Source: Savagea sp. (GTDB lineage: Bacteria > Bacillota > Bacilli > Bacillales_A > Planococcaceae). From it: a stretch of 64,000 nt of DNA. The position numbers and the translations under genes are program-made. The notes under the pieces were generated by a model that ran no database searches, was not told the DNA's origin, and saw nothing but the letters and a program-made list of their open reading frames with translations. Below, piece after piece: positions 50,756 to 60,916 of this stretch (position 1 is the stretch's first letter; the number at the start of each line of letters is the position of its first letter). Location of the stretch: contig JASLJC010000057.1 of NCBI GenBank assembly GCA_030152585.1, positions 27,637-91,636 of the forward strand. Direction: 5' to 3'.

Positions 50756-51970
50756 TTACTCCCCCTCTCCGTTAATGAACTGATCGAGTCCAGCGAGTGC
50801 ACCGATTAACGCACCGCGAATAATGATTCCTTCGAGACGGTCTTTCTCATCGACGACGGCAACAGGTATACTCGCTTGCGAAACGATATCAAACAACTCC
50901 GTAATGACCGTATCTCCCGTCACCCGTTCAAAATCGTTCGTCATCACTTGTTCAATCGTCAAGTCTTCTTCAATCGCCCGGTCGAGCGCTTGATCTGTCA
51001 CAGCGCCGAGAAGACGACCTTGTTTATCTTGTACGTAAATTGACGAAATTTTCAGTTTCTCGATTAAATGCATCGCTACACGCGGTCCTCGATCGATTTG
51101 AACCGTGTCTGCTTTTTTCATAATATGACGCGCTGTCCATACTTTCGATAAATCGACGTCTTCGACGAATCGTTCTACGTAGTCGTCGGACGGATTCATT
51201 AAAATATCTTCTGGTGTACCGACTTGAACGACTTCTCCATCTTTCATTAATACGATACGATCTCCTAAACGTAACGCTTCGTCTAAATCGTGCGTAATGA
51301 AAATAATCGTTTTCCCCATTTCACCATGCAATTGAAGTAACTCATCTTGCATATCTTTTCGAATGAGTGGGTCGAGTGCACTGAATGCTTCGTCCATTAA
51401 TAAAATGTCTGGGTCATTTGCAAGAGCGCGTGCAAGTCCTACACGTTGTTGCATTCCTCCAGACAATTGGGAAGGGAATTGTTCTTCATAACCTTTTAAG
51501 CCGACCGCTGCGAGTGCTTCAGCCGCTTGTCGTTCTCTTGTTTCTTTATCCATTCCTTGGATTTCGAGGCCGTATGCAGTATTTTGTAATACGGTAAGAT
51601 GCGGAAATAACGCGAAGTTTTGGAATACCATACTTACTTTTTTACGACGTAATGTTCGTAATTGTTCTTTATTCATTTGGACGATATCTTCGCCATCGAT
51701 TAAAATTTCCCCAACACTCGGGTCAATTAATCGGTTCAACATACGGACGAGTGTCGACTTTCCACTCCCGGATAATCCCATAATGACGAAAAACTCTTCA
51801 TCCATAATGTCGAACGTCGCTTGTCGTACACCGACAGTAGCGCCCGTTTCTTTTAAAATTTCAGCTTTCGTTTTACCTTCTTCCAACAAACGAAGTGCTT
51901 TCTTTTCATGCTTACCGAACACTTTCGTTACGTTGCGGATTTGTACTTTGGGTTGTGCGTGCTCTCCCAA
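50756..51970 (-). CDS. opuAA: glycine betaine ABC transporter ATP-binding protein with CBS pair
   Basis: MGLSGSGKST, LSGGMQQRVGLARAL, MDEAFSALDPLIR; TTG start 51970 after AAAGGAG. Confidence 0.93.
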   Translation of the reverse strand: MGEHAQPKVQIRNVTKVFGKHEKKALRLLEEGKTKAEILKETGATVGVRQATFDIMDEEFFVIMGLSGSGKSTLVRMLNRLIDPSVGEILIDGEDIVQMNKEQLRTLRRKKVSMVFQNFALFPHLTVLQNTAYGLEIQGMDKETRERQAAEALAAVGLKGYEEQFPSQLSGGMQQRVGLARALANDPDILLMDEAFSALDPLIRKDMQDELLQLHGEMGKTIIFITHDLDEALRLGDRIVLMKDGEVVQVGTPEDILMNPSDDYVERFVEDVDLSKVWTARHIMKKADTVQIDRGPRVAMHLIEKLKISSIYVQDKQGRLLGAVTDQALDRAIEEDLTIEQVMTNDFERVTGDTVITELFDIVSQASIPVAVVDEKDRLEGIIIRGALIGALAGLDQFINGEGE

Positions 51971-52345
51971 AACATCCACTCCTTTCAAAATTTCACATGC
52001 TTCTCAGTATAACAAAGCGATAAAGCATTACAAATGAACCTCTTTTAGAACAAAAATAAGAACAAAGAACTAAACAATAGCATTCCTTCACATTATATGG
52101 TTAATTTTGGTTAAAAAGAGTAAAAAAGTATCGTATAGCAAATTCATTTCCCGAAAGAGCAAATGTTCGTCCTAACGCTTTCACATTTTTTTCACGCTCT
52201 TTGTCGTCAAAACTCGTTCCAAAGGGCTAAACTTTTCAAAGACAGCCAAAAACATCCTTTTTTATGTTATGGCGACGTATTTCTTCTCATTCTTAACTTT
52301 GCTATGATAGAGAAGAACGTACTTCTTAACGAAAGGATGAAACCG

Positions 52346-52747
52346 ATGGCTACTGCACGCCCTTTTTTAATGTTTCAAGGAAACGCCAAAGAAGCAATCG
52401 ATTACTATACGGAGCATCTCGACTTCGTTGAACTTCGCGCACTCGAACTGTATCACGAAGGAGAAGGTGGCGAACCCGGAACTGTCAAATCGGCACTTCT
52501 TCATATCGACGGAATGGAATATTACGTCAATGACAGTCCGACGCCGCAAAATTTTGACTTCACACCGTCTTTTTCGATTTTCGTCGAAGCGGAAAATGTC
52601 ATCGCCCAACAGACGATTTTTAATCGTTTAAAACGTAACGGGATGATTATTATGCCGATCGATGAGTACGGGTTTAGCCGTTCTTTCGGTTGGTGTATCG
52701 ACCAATTCGGATTGTCGTGGCAAGTGAGCGTCACCGCAACGCAATAA
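52346..52747 (+). CDS. VOC/PhnB-like protein
   Basis: PFLMFQGNAKEAIDYY, FTPSFSIFV, FGWCIDQFGLSWQV; real start ATG 52346 after GAAAGGA. Confidence 0.88.
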   Translation: MATARPFLMFQGNAKEAIDYYTEHLDFVELRALELYHEGEGGEPGTVKSALLHIDGMEYYVNDSPTPQNFDFTPSFSIFVEAENVIAQQTIFNRLKRNGMIIMPIDEYGFSRSFGWCIDQFGLSWQVSVTATQ

Positions 52748-52803
52748 CGAGTGCTTACAAAAAACGAGTATCTCTTTTTTAAAGGGATACTCGTTTTTTT
52801 ATG

Positions 52804-54528
52804 TCACGCTTCTTTTTTCGAAAGATCGGATTCTTTTTGTTGGACGTCGAAATGACGCATCACGTCTTCTAACTCATCCGCAACTGTATGTAATGTCACA
52901 ATCGACTGGCGCATTTTACGTTGTTTGGCGAGTTGTTCGAGTGTCTTTTCTACAGTCTGTTTCGTTTGACGTTGCGTATCATAAGCTAACGTAGCGACTT
53001 GCTCGTTTTCTTCATGGAGTTGAACGCTCGCTTCTTCGACGTCGTGTAATTGCTCATCTAATATTTGAAACGCGGTAAACATCGTCGCTGTCGCACGTTC
53101 AATCCGTTCGAAATCTTTTGCCGTCTCGTGCATCGTCTGTTCACTTTTCGCAATCGATGCACGGTGATGCGTATGTTCGTCAATCAATTGAGAAATCGTC
53201 TGTTCCATCGTTTTCATCCGGTGTTGGACATCTTCTATTTGGCTTGCCGAAGCAGTCGCCAGTCGACGAACTTCTTCTGCTACGACAGCAAATCCATTTC
53301 CTTCGGTATGTAAATGAGCCGCTTCAATCGATGCATTCAAAGCGAGTAAGTGCGTTTGTTCCGCAATCCGTGTCATCTGTTCTGTTTGGCGACCGACGAT
53401 ACGAAACTGTTGCTTCATCTGTTCGATATTTGCACTCATAACGTCCGTCGCCTCTGCTACGTGTTGTACTTCTTGACGTAAAATGAACATTTGCTCGCTT
53501 CCTTCTGTTACGACGCGTCGCATCGATTTTGTCGTCTGACGTAACAATTGATGTTCTTCTTTCATCCGCTCGGTTCGAAGACGAACGATCTCCATCATAT
53601 CACGTGACCGCTTCGTCTCCTCTACTTGACGGTCGGTGACATCTACTTGGCGACGCGTTAATTCATACACTTCGTCTAACGATTGTTCGTTTTGATTCGT
53701 CTCTGACGTTAACGTTTGAGCCGTTTGAATTGTACGGTTAGAAGCATGACTTGCCCTTTTCAGTACATCGTTCCATCGGATAACGAGGTCATTTAACGCT
53801 TGTGCCATTTGCCCAATTTCATCCCGGTTTTTGAGTTGAATCGGATCAAACTGCAACTTCCCCGCTGCCATTTGACGCAATCGGTCCGTCACGATACGTA
53901 CTGGTAAAACAATTGCACGGTAAATCGAGCGACCGAACAAACTACTCATAACGACCGCAACAACGATCAACCCGACACTGAGCGCAATAAATAACGCCAT
54001 CCGCTCTGTCAACGTCTCATACCGCTTCGTTTGTGCGCGTTCGCGTAATTGTAACAGCTCCTCAATCGCTTCTTCCATCATCACTTCGTACGTCGTACTT
54101 TCAGAAGCAATGCGCGCAGCACTTTCTTTTTTACCGTCACGAACGTCGCGAATGACGAGTTCACTCATCGTTAAAAAGCTAGTCGACACTTCTTGAATCG
54201 ATGCTAACAATTGTCGTTCCTCTTCCGTACGGAGCCTTTTTTTCAAAATGAAAATGTCGTGCTGATACGTCGGAACGACTTCTTCGTATCGTTCGATATC
54301 GAGTGGGTCTTCGTACAACATGAAACGAAACGTACTTTTAGCTAATTCGTGCTGTGTCGCCCCGAGTCGTTGCAGTCGCTTCGTTTCTTCCTCTTCTTCT
54401 TCTAAAAAACGTTCATACGTCGTCATGACATAATGGATACTGCTGATCATCCCACTTCCGAGCAACACGACAAACAACAACATCATCGAAAAGACGACGC
54501 CTAACTTTTTACCAACGGACACGAACAT
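52804..54528 (-). CDS. methyl-accepting chemotaxis protein (4HB-like sensor, HAMP), divergent signalling tip
   Basis: Two TMs, [29 protein letters not shown]...GFAVVAEEVRRLA. Confidence 0.88.
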   Translation of the reverse strand: MFVSVGKKLGVVFSMMLLFVVLLGSGMISSIHYVMTTYERFLEEEEEETKRLQRLGATQHELAKSTFRFMLYEDPLDIERYEEVVPTYQHDIFILKKRLRTEEERQLLASIQEVSTSFLTMSELVIRDVRDGKKESAARIASESTTYEVMMEEAIEELLQLRERAQTKRYETLTERMALFIALSVGLIVVAVVMSSLFGRSIYRAIVLPVRIVTDRLRQMAAGKLQFDPIQLKNRDEIGQMAQALNDLVIRWNDVLKRASHASNRTIQTAQTLTSETNQNEQSLDEVYELTRRQVDVTDRQVEETKRSRDMMEIVRLRTERMKEEHQLLRQTTKSMRRVVTEGSEQMFILRQEVQHVAEATDVMSANIEQMKQQFRIVGRQTEQMTRIAEQTHLLALNASIEAAHLHTEGNGFAVVAEEVRRLATASASQIEDVQHRMKTMEQTISQLIDEHTHHRASIAKSEQTMHETAKDFERIERATATMFTAFQILDEQLHDVEEASVQLHEENEQVATLAYDTQRQTKQTVEKTLEQLAKQRKMRQSIVTLHTVADELEDVMRHFDVQQKESDLSKKEA

Positions 54529-54646
54529 GATGTAAACCTCCAAAACGATTTACCTTCACTGTACACAATCGATGTTAACGTTCTATTAAGCTACTATTGA
54601 CATTTTGAAAAGAAAAAACGAGAGGCTTAAAACTCTAGTCTTCGCC

Positions 54647-54788
54647 TCATGTAACAAAATCGAAATAGTAATCGAGTAATCCATCAAAAATGAAGAAATC
54701 GAGTCCGTAAAACGTGACGAGGAGGAGAACGAAATAAACGAATATAAGCGTCTTCTACTTCTTCGTGTTGACAATTCGGATATTTCAT
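54647..54788 (-). pseudogene. possible remnant of a zinc-ribbon small membrane protein gene
   Basis: ATG frame MKYPNCQHEEVEDA (resembles MKCPNC) and, in another frame, KTLIFVYFVLLLVTFYGLDFFIFDGLLDYYFDFVT*, followed by a GAGGC/GCCTC hairpin with T-run. Confidence 0.35.
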
Positions 54789-54853
54789 AATTTAAACTCT
54801 TTTTCAGTTGAAAGAAAAGCCAACTCCTTTTAGGGAATTGGCTTTTTCAATAT

Positions 54854-56473
54854 TTAACGTTTTTGGAAGAAATCTAAAACGTTCGGTGTTAAGTTGCTTG
54901 CATATGGCCCACGTAATGCACCATTTGCTTGATAAACGATAACAGATGGCACTTTATATTGACGTGCAATGTCAACATACATATTGTGCATCTCAGGCGT
55001 TCCACCTTGTCCTAAAAACTCTAAGTTCATACTCGCTCCTTGTGCTTGCGCGCGAATGAAGGCACGGTGTAATTCACGTTTAGCTAAAGTCGGTTGACCT
55101 GCTACAAGTTTCGGATCAATCGCAACGTTCGGCTGTAAATAAGCTGCATCGAAACCGTTTGACTTCCATTTATCAAAGTTTGTCGTACGTGAATGAGGCG
55201 AATAAATGAACGTACGGTTACGGTTATTTAAATATTTTGACGTCCATTTAACAAGCTGCTCATCACGTAATGTCTTCCCTTTAATATTATTAAAGTAGTA
55301 GCGTACTGTTTCTTCTGCCCAGTAATATCCTTTTAAACGAATGTTCGTAAATCCTGCACGTTTCCACGCATTTTCAACTTTTTGAACGTATGTCGCTGTT
55401 CGTTTTTCGCGGATAGCATTGCTCGCTTGATTCGCCATGTAAGGAATGACGATATGTACGTTTACAGTCTGACCTAACGCTTTTGCATCACGGTCTAATG
55501 CGTGAAGTGCACCGTCTGCTGCAAACGTTCGATTAATGTACGCATCGTATTTCGCATCTGTCATATGACTAGCGTTATTCGATTGAAAATCGTTGTTCGT
55601 AATAATATACGACTCAAATAACGGTTGACCGCGTGCTTCTAAGTGGTCGTTAAAATATCCTTCCGGAAAACCGTGACGCGCATTACTCTCATCGTTGTAA
55701 ATTAAAATACCGTTACGAATCGCTGGTTTCGTCGTCGCTTCAAATGACGTCTTATATTTTTCTAACGCATTTGAAATCGGATGTGCCGTTCCGCCTAACG
55801 CCACAGCACGTGTCACTGCTTCATCTTCTGTACGTACTTTTTCTACTGTACGTCCATTTTTCTTAATTTCATAACCGAGTGGATTTTGGTACACCGTACT
55901 TAAAAACTTCGAAAACTGAGCACGTGTCACATTCCCTTTCGGATGATACGTCGTTTTTGAATAACCGCTCGTAATGTTATGTGTTAATAAACCGTCGATA
56001 TATTTGTAATACCCATTGGAACGAGAAACGTCACTAAAACGCGTTTGGCCATTTCCTTTAAATTCGTAAGCAACCGCTAAAGCTTTCGCCATTTCTTCAC
56101 GTGTAAGCGGTGCTTTCGGATTAAACTTCCCACGATTTAATGTAAACATCCCATCATTTACAGCGATCATAATTTCTTGATATCCACCCATCGATGGACG
56201 AACATCTGTCGGACGAATACGTGGATTCGTCACTTTCGGTGCTTGACGCGCACGTTGTAACATAACAGCTGCGTCTTGACGTGTTAGGACGCCCGTCGGT
56301 TTAAAATAACGATTCGCATACCCACGAATGACCCCTTTACTCGTCAAATATTGAATTTCTTCATGCCCCCAATGACTCGTTGGCACATCTCGAAACGATG
56401 CAGCCTCTGCCTCAAGTGGCGTCGTTAAGACGACAAATAAGACTGCAATTAAACTGATCCACCATTTTTTCAA
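54854..56473 (-). CDS. SLH-domain protein with DUF4855 domain (paralog of 16995..18851)
   Basis: Three SLH repeats; KGYYWAEETVR, YSPHSRTTNFDKW..GFDAAYLQPN; TTG start 56473 after GAGGAGG. Confidence 0.8.
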   Translation of the reverse strand: MKKWWISLIAVLFVVLTTPLEAEAASFRDVPTSHWGHEEIQYLTSKGVIRGYANRYFKPTGVLTRQDAAVMLQRARQAPKVTNPRIRPTDVRPSMGGYQEIMIAVNDGMFTLNRGKFNPKAPLTREEMAKALAVAYEFKGNGQTRFSDVSRSNGYYKYIDGLLTHNITSGYSKTTYHPKGNVTRAQFSKFLSTVYQNPLGYEIKKNGRTVEKVRTEDEAVTRAVALGGTAHPISNALEKYKTSFEATTKPAIRNGILIYNDESNARHGFPEGYFNDHLEARGQPLFESYIITNNDFQSNNASHMTDAKYDAYINRTFAADGALHALDRDAKALGQTVNVHIVIPYMANQASNAIREKRTATYVQKVENAWKRAGFTNIRLKGYYWAEETVRYYFNNIKGKTLRDEQLVKWTSKYLNNRNRTFIYSPHSRTTNFDKWKSNGFDAAYLQPNVAIDPKLVAGQPTLAKRELHRAFIRAQAQGASMNLEFLGQGGTPEMHNMYVDIARQYKVPSVIVYQANGALRGPYASNLTPNVLDFFQKR

Positions 56474-56831
56474 AAAAACCCCTCCTCGTATATTTTCCAA
56501 TACATTGTATCATATTGTAAAAATTATCCTACCTCTTTTTACAAATTATTCTTATTTCAATGCTTCAAAAAAAGAAATCGGAGCGCAAGACTTCTGACGT
56601 AAGTAATATTCTCTACTTTTTTGGTAATTTTCGAGATTTCGACTTATTTTTTTACTGATTACTATTGAAGAAAAGTGATTTATTATGGTATATTAAGTTA
56701 TCGAAGCGAGTATTTGTTTTATTTTTATAGAAATCTTTCATCTTTTTACTAAAGATTTGAAGTTTCCAGACGATATAAAAAACAAATACAAGCCGTAATG
56801 TTTTGGGATATAGAAAGAGGAGGATTTTTTC

Positions 56832-57548
56832 ATGAAAGGGATTATGAGAACAGTATTAGCAACAACAGTTATTGCAGGACCTTTATTACTCGGTTCATTT
56901 ACAGCTTCCGCGCAAACACGCGAAGACGATGAACCACAACTTCCTGTCATTGAGGACGGATTCGTTGGGGACGGCGGCATTAAAGTCGAAAAAGAAGAAG
57001 CTGCTCCCGTAGAACCACAAGTACCAGAAGTACCTGTAGTAGAAGAAGTTGTTCCTGTAGAGCAACAACCGATCGAACAACCGGTACAACAAGAAGAAGT
57101 GAAGCCAACTCCGGCACCAACACCAGCTCCTGTTGTCCAAGAAAAACCAGTACACGTACAACAAACAGCACCGAAACAACCTGCTGCACAAGCTGTTCAA
57201 CCAGCAAAATCAGCAGTATCACATAACGTAGCACCAACTGTTAAACAAACTGCAACAGTTGCACAAACGAGCGTTTCATCAACACCAGAACGCACGATTG
57301 TTCAACCGAAAGAAGAAACAGTTGAAACTGCAACAGTCGTCGAAGCACCTGCTGAAACGACAGATGTAGTAGAACCAAAAGAAGAAACGACAGAAGAAGT
57401 AACAACTGTTGAAAAACCGAAAGAAGAAAAAACAGCAGCAGCTCTTGAATTACAAGAAGAAAAAGCATTCCCTATTATTCCAGCTGCAGCACTCGTTACC
57501 GTATTAACAGTAGGTTTATTTTTCATTATTCGTAAAGTTCGTGCATAA
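56832..57548 (+). CDS. secreted low-complexity (P/E/V/Q/T-rich) protein with C-terminal membrane anchor
   Basis: GAGGAGG RBS, signal peptide ending ASA-Q, C-terminal TM plus RKVR; terminator at 57554-57586. Confidence 0.85.
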   Translation: MKGIMRTVLATTVIAGPLLLGSFTASAQTREDDEPQLPVIEDGFVGDGGIKVEKEEAAPVEPQVPEVPVVEEVVPVEQQPIEQPVQQEEVKPTPAPTPAPVVQEKPVHVQQTAPKQPAAQAVQPAKSAVSHNVAPTVKQTATVAQTSVSSTPERTIVQPKEETVETATVVEAPAETTDVVEPKEETTEEVTTVEKPKEEKTAAALELQEEKAFPIIPAAALVTVLTVGLFFIIRKVRA

Positions 57549-57782
57549 TACAAACGTCTAGAAGTCTTCTCTTCTAGACGTTTTTTAATTGTCTTCTTAC
57601 ATATTCCTTTTCCCTTTGTTAAAAACTTCCCCTTCTTTTATCTTGGAACATTACTATATTCATAATAAAATAACGTTTGCCTTCATCACTATCTATTATA
57701 TAGTATAATAGAACTATTACACCACTTGATTTTTTGCCATTTTTTTGATACTATTATATAAACATAATAAAAAGGAGGAATT

Positions 57783-58352
57783 TTGATGAAAAAGTTTTCA
57801 TTATCTTTGATGTTGTTGACTTTATTAGCCATTCCTTTTGCAGTCAACGTCTCGGCTGAAACGGTAGATGAACAAACGACACTCGATACGTTAGAATTTT
57901 TACTCGATGACGTTGAAACGACAACAGACGTCGTCACTGAACGCACGATGACAGACGTATACGAAGCAGTCGAAGATGAACGTTTACTTATTCAAATTGC
58001 CAAAAATACGATCGTTGCGAAAAATAACGTACGTTTAACGAAAGAAGAAGTCGTTCGTCTCAAACGAGCAATTGCAGCACACCGTGCATCCGATGTTCGT
58101 TTAACAGACGCACAACTCGTCACTTTATTCGAAGCAACGCTTGCATTACGTGCAGAAATTCAACAACCGACATATACGTTCGGACAAATTGCACAAGAAG
58201 CGAAACGTACAGTACAACTCGCTCAAAGCAAACGTTGGATTTCCGCTCACCAATCGTTACAACAAATCGCTACGTTACAATTTGACCAAATCGCACATTT
58301 CCAAAACTTACACCAGCCGATCCGTCAAATGTCAAACGTTCTCGGTTATTAA
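57783..58352 (+). CDS. secreted hypothetical helical protein
   Basis: AAGGAGG RBS, signal peptide ending VSA-E; terminator at 58366-58406. Confidence 0.8.
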   Translation: MMKKFSLSLMLLTLLAIPFAVNVSAETVDEQTTLDTLEFLLDDVETTTDVVTERTMTDVYEAVEDERLLIQIAKNTIVAKNNVRLTKEEVVRLKRAIAAHRASDVRLTDAQLVTLFEATLALRAEIQQPTYTFGQIAQEAKRTVQLAQSKRWISAHQSLQQIATLQFDQIAHFQNLHQPIRQMSNVLGY

Positions 58353-58365
58353 AAATGAAAAAATC

Positions 58366-58643
58366 AAAAACCATCTGTCGTTGAATGAAGCGACAGATGG
58401 TTTTTTCATGCTCTATGTATGACGAGTTCCTCGGCGAAAAGGAACTCGTATTTACTTTTATCTAGCAAATAAAAGTTAAATCTGTAAAGGCGACTAACGA
58501 ATAATCAATCGTTAATCTTTTTTAATTATACACGGTTTTTATAATTTGTGTACTAGACTATCGTTATATTTATTACGTTTATATGACATAAGGATTGGCA
58601 ATCCAACGTCACATTGCGCGATGCCTATTGCACTAGTAGATAT
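58366..58643 (-). ncRNA. candidate multi-hairpin sRNA (RNA-B)
   Basis: Promoter TTGAGA-16-TACAAT (58677..58650) with no CDS downstream; at least six consecutive hairpins ending at the bidirectional terminator 58366-58406. Confidence 0.45.
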
Positions 58644-58761
58644 ACTAATATTGTAATAAAATGATTATATTTCTCAATACCACTTTATCATACTTCTAAA
58701 CCTTTTGCTGTTTTTAAATTTCGACTATAACCGAAAAAAGATGACGCTATGTTGTTCTATT

Positions 58762-58800
58762 AAAAAAGCAACGTTTCGATTGAATCGAAACGTTACTTTT
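58762..58800 (-). terminator. terminator of MCP gene
   Basis: AAAAGTAACGTTTCGAT / ATCGAAACGTTGCTTTT on minus strand. Confidence 0.8.
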
Positions 58801-58812
58801 AGTATTTTTTCG

Positions 58813-60786
58813 TTATAGTTTAAAATACGCCATCGTCTCCCGTACTTGACGGACGAGCTCATGTAATTGATCGGTTTCTTCTTTCATCGCGCGAACTGTT
58901 TGACGTTGTTCTTGTGTCGTTCGGTTCACATCGCTCACAGAAGCACCTGTTTCTTCAGCAGATGATGCCATCTCTTCAATCGAAGCCGCAACTTCCGATG
59001 AATTCGACGCCATTTCTTCTGAGACTGCGGTCAATTCTTGAATTTCACCGCTTAACGATTCGACCGATTCAACAATCGCATCAAATCGTTCACCTAATGT
59101 ACTTAATACTTCACTTCCGGCTTGAACGCGGTGTTGCCCATCACTTGATGCGTCGACTGCAATTTCGACGTGACGTTGTACACTCGCGATTAACTCATGA
59201 ATTTGAGCAGCAGACGTTGCACTTTGATCCGCTAACTCATGCACTTCTTGAGCGACGACTGCAAATCCTGCACCTGCTTCGCCTGCTCGTGCTGCTTCTA
59301 TCGATGCGTTCAGAGCAAGTAAACTCGTCTGATCGGCAATCGACGTAATCATCGTCGAAATTTCACCGATTTGATCGGCTTCTTGACGTAACGTTTCCAT
59401 ATAAGTACGAATTGTGGATGTTCCTTCTTCAATACGTCCCATCTCATCAAACGAAGCTTCGAGTGCTATCTTCCCTTCACCGACTTGTTGGTGAATCGTT
59501 TCTGCATTTTCAGCGGCATGACTCGCCGCATGTGCTACGTCATGTACCCGATTCGATAATTGATCCACTTGGCTTGCACTTTCTTCTGAAATGGCTGCTT
59601 GTGTCGAAGCACTGTCATCGATCGTCTCCATCGATTCGCCGACTTGTTCTGTCAACGTATAGACGTGTTGCACTTCGTCTGCTAATCGATCCGACGCTTC
59701 ATCTACTTGTGTCGTTTCATGATTTACATTACCGACGATCGACCGTAACGAATGAATCATCGTATCGAATGCACGAGCTAACGTACCGACTTCATCCGCT
59801 CGTTGCAAATGTGTTGCCGGCACGACCTGCGTTAAATCACCATCTTCTAAACGTTTCCCAATCGCAACGACTTCATGAATCGGACGAACGAGCGAACGGG
59901 CAAAGAAATACGCAATGAGTGAACCGACTGCGATAATCGATATCGTAATCCATATGAACTGTCGCTTCAACGTCTCCATCGCACCGAGCATCTCTTGCTC
60001 GTAAGCGACGATAGCGACAGACCAACCGTTCGACAATTTAGAATAACTCGCAAGTTGTCGTCCTTCTTTTGATTGAAGTTGAACAGTACCCGATGCTCGT
60101 TGTACCATTTGTTCGACGAGTGCACTTTCTTCTGGACGTTGTAACGCCTTTAATTCTTCTGCATCGACTTGGTCAAGAACGAATGACGGCTCAGGATGTG
60201 CAATCAATACCCCTTGTTCATTCGTTAAAAAAGCAAAACCACTTTCGCCGATAGCAATCTCATCGACAACACTCGTTAAATACGTACTATCGAGACGTGC
60301 TAACAACAATGCAGTCGTCCCTTCAATCGGTGTCGCTTGCATGACGACGGGACCGTTCGTTACCCGACTAATGATGACATCTGAGATCGCCGTCTTCCCT
60401 TCGAATGCTTCTTTTATGTATGGGCGATCGCCTAAATCAGACGTCGTTTCATCTAAATAATGCGCGATTCCATCTTCGGTGACAATCGCTAATGTTAAAT
60501 AGTCGGGATATTTCGTCAACTGTTGTTGTAAAAACGGACGCCACGTCGCTTCTTCTAATTGGCGGACTTCCTCTCGTGCGGCAATCGCTTCTAATTCGAG
60601 ACCGCTGCGAACGAGTCGCTCTTCTACAAATGAAGCTGTATCGAGCGCTTTTTCATTTAATGTCTCTTCTACTTGATGCATAATCCCTGATGCACCACTT
60701 CGATAACCGAGCACACTAAATAATAGCGAGGAAACGATGAGTAAACCTGCAATCGTTCCGACAAGTTTTGGACCTATTTTTCGCAT
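58813..60786 (-). CDS. methyl-accepting chemotaxis protein with dCache sensor
   Basis: Two TMs, DRPYIKEA / GFAFL..GVLIAHP dCache motifs, [31 protein letters not shown]; promoter TTGACA-17-TAAAGT upstream. Confidence 0.93.
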   Translation of the reverse strand: MRKIGPKLVGTIAGLLIVSSLLFSVLGYRSGASGIMHQVEETLNEKALDTASFVEERLVRSGLELEAIAAREEVRQLEEATWRPFLQQQLTKYPDYLTLAIVTEDGIAHYLDETTSDLGDRPYIKEAFEGKTAISDVIISRVTNGPVVMQATPIEGTTALLLARLDSTYLTSVVDEIAIGESGFAFLTNEQGVLIAHPEPSFVLDQVDAEELKALQRPEESALVEQMVQRASGTVQLQSKEGRQLASYSKLSNGWSVAIVAYEQEMLGAMETLKRQFIWITISIIAVGSLIAYFFARSLVRPIHEVVAIGKRLEDGDLTQVVPATHLQRADEVGTLARAFDTMIHSLRSIVGNVNHETTQVDEASDRLADEVQHVYTLTEQVGESMETIDDSASTQAAISEESASQVDQLSNRVHDVAHAASHAAENAETIHQQVGEGKIALEASFDEMGRIEEGTSTIRTYMETLRQEADQIGEISTMITSIADQTSLLALNASIEAARAGEAGAGFAVVAQEVHELADQSATSAAQIHELIASVQRHVEIAVDASSDGQHRVQAGSEVLSTLGERFDAIVESVESLSGEIQELTAVSEEMASNSSEVAASIEEMASSAEETGASVSDVNRTTQEQRQTVRAMKEETDQLHELVRQVRETMAYFKL

Positions 60787-60916
60787 GCCTATAACCCCTT
60801 TACTATAAGTACATTTACCCTCATACTTTAGTCGATAAAAGGTTATCTGTCAATTTATCATTCGCTATTTTTATTAAATTGTAAAAGCCTTTTGTATATT
60901 TTTGACAAAATGGACT

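Noticed and set aside
52135..52250. GGGCTAA...GACAGCC resembling the 3' half of a c-di-GMP-I riboswitch
   Set aside because: The GGCAAAC..GAAA..GACGCAAAG 5' core and a terminator are not present.
52163..52345. N-terminal 61-aa extension of the VOC ORF
   Set aside because: Good RBS and family start lie at 52346; the extension spans divergent promoter DNA.
54586..54774. 62-aa minus ORF in the track
   Set aside because: TTG start without RBS and it reads through a terminator; other frames explain the region better.
58366..58640. Hairpin series as a CRISPR array or REP/MITE cluster
   Set aside because: The hairpins share no sequence and there is no repeat-spacer periodicity, cas gene or terminal inverted repeat.
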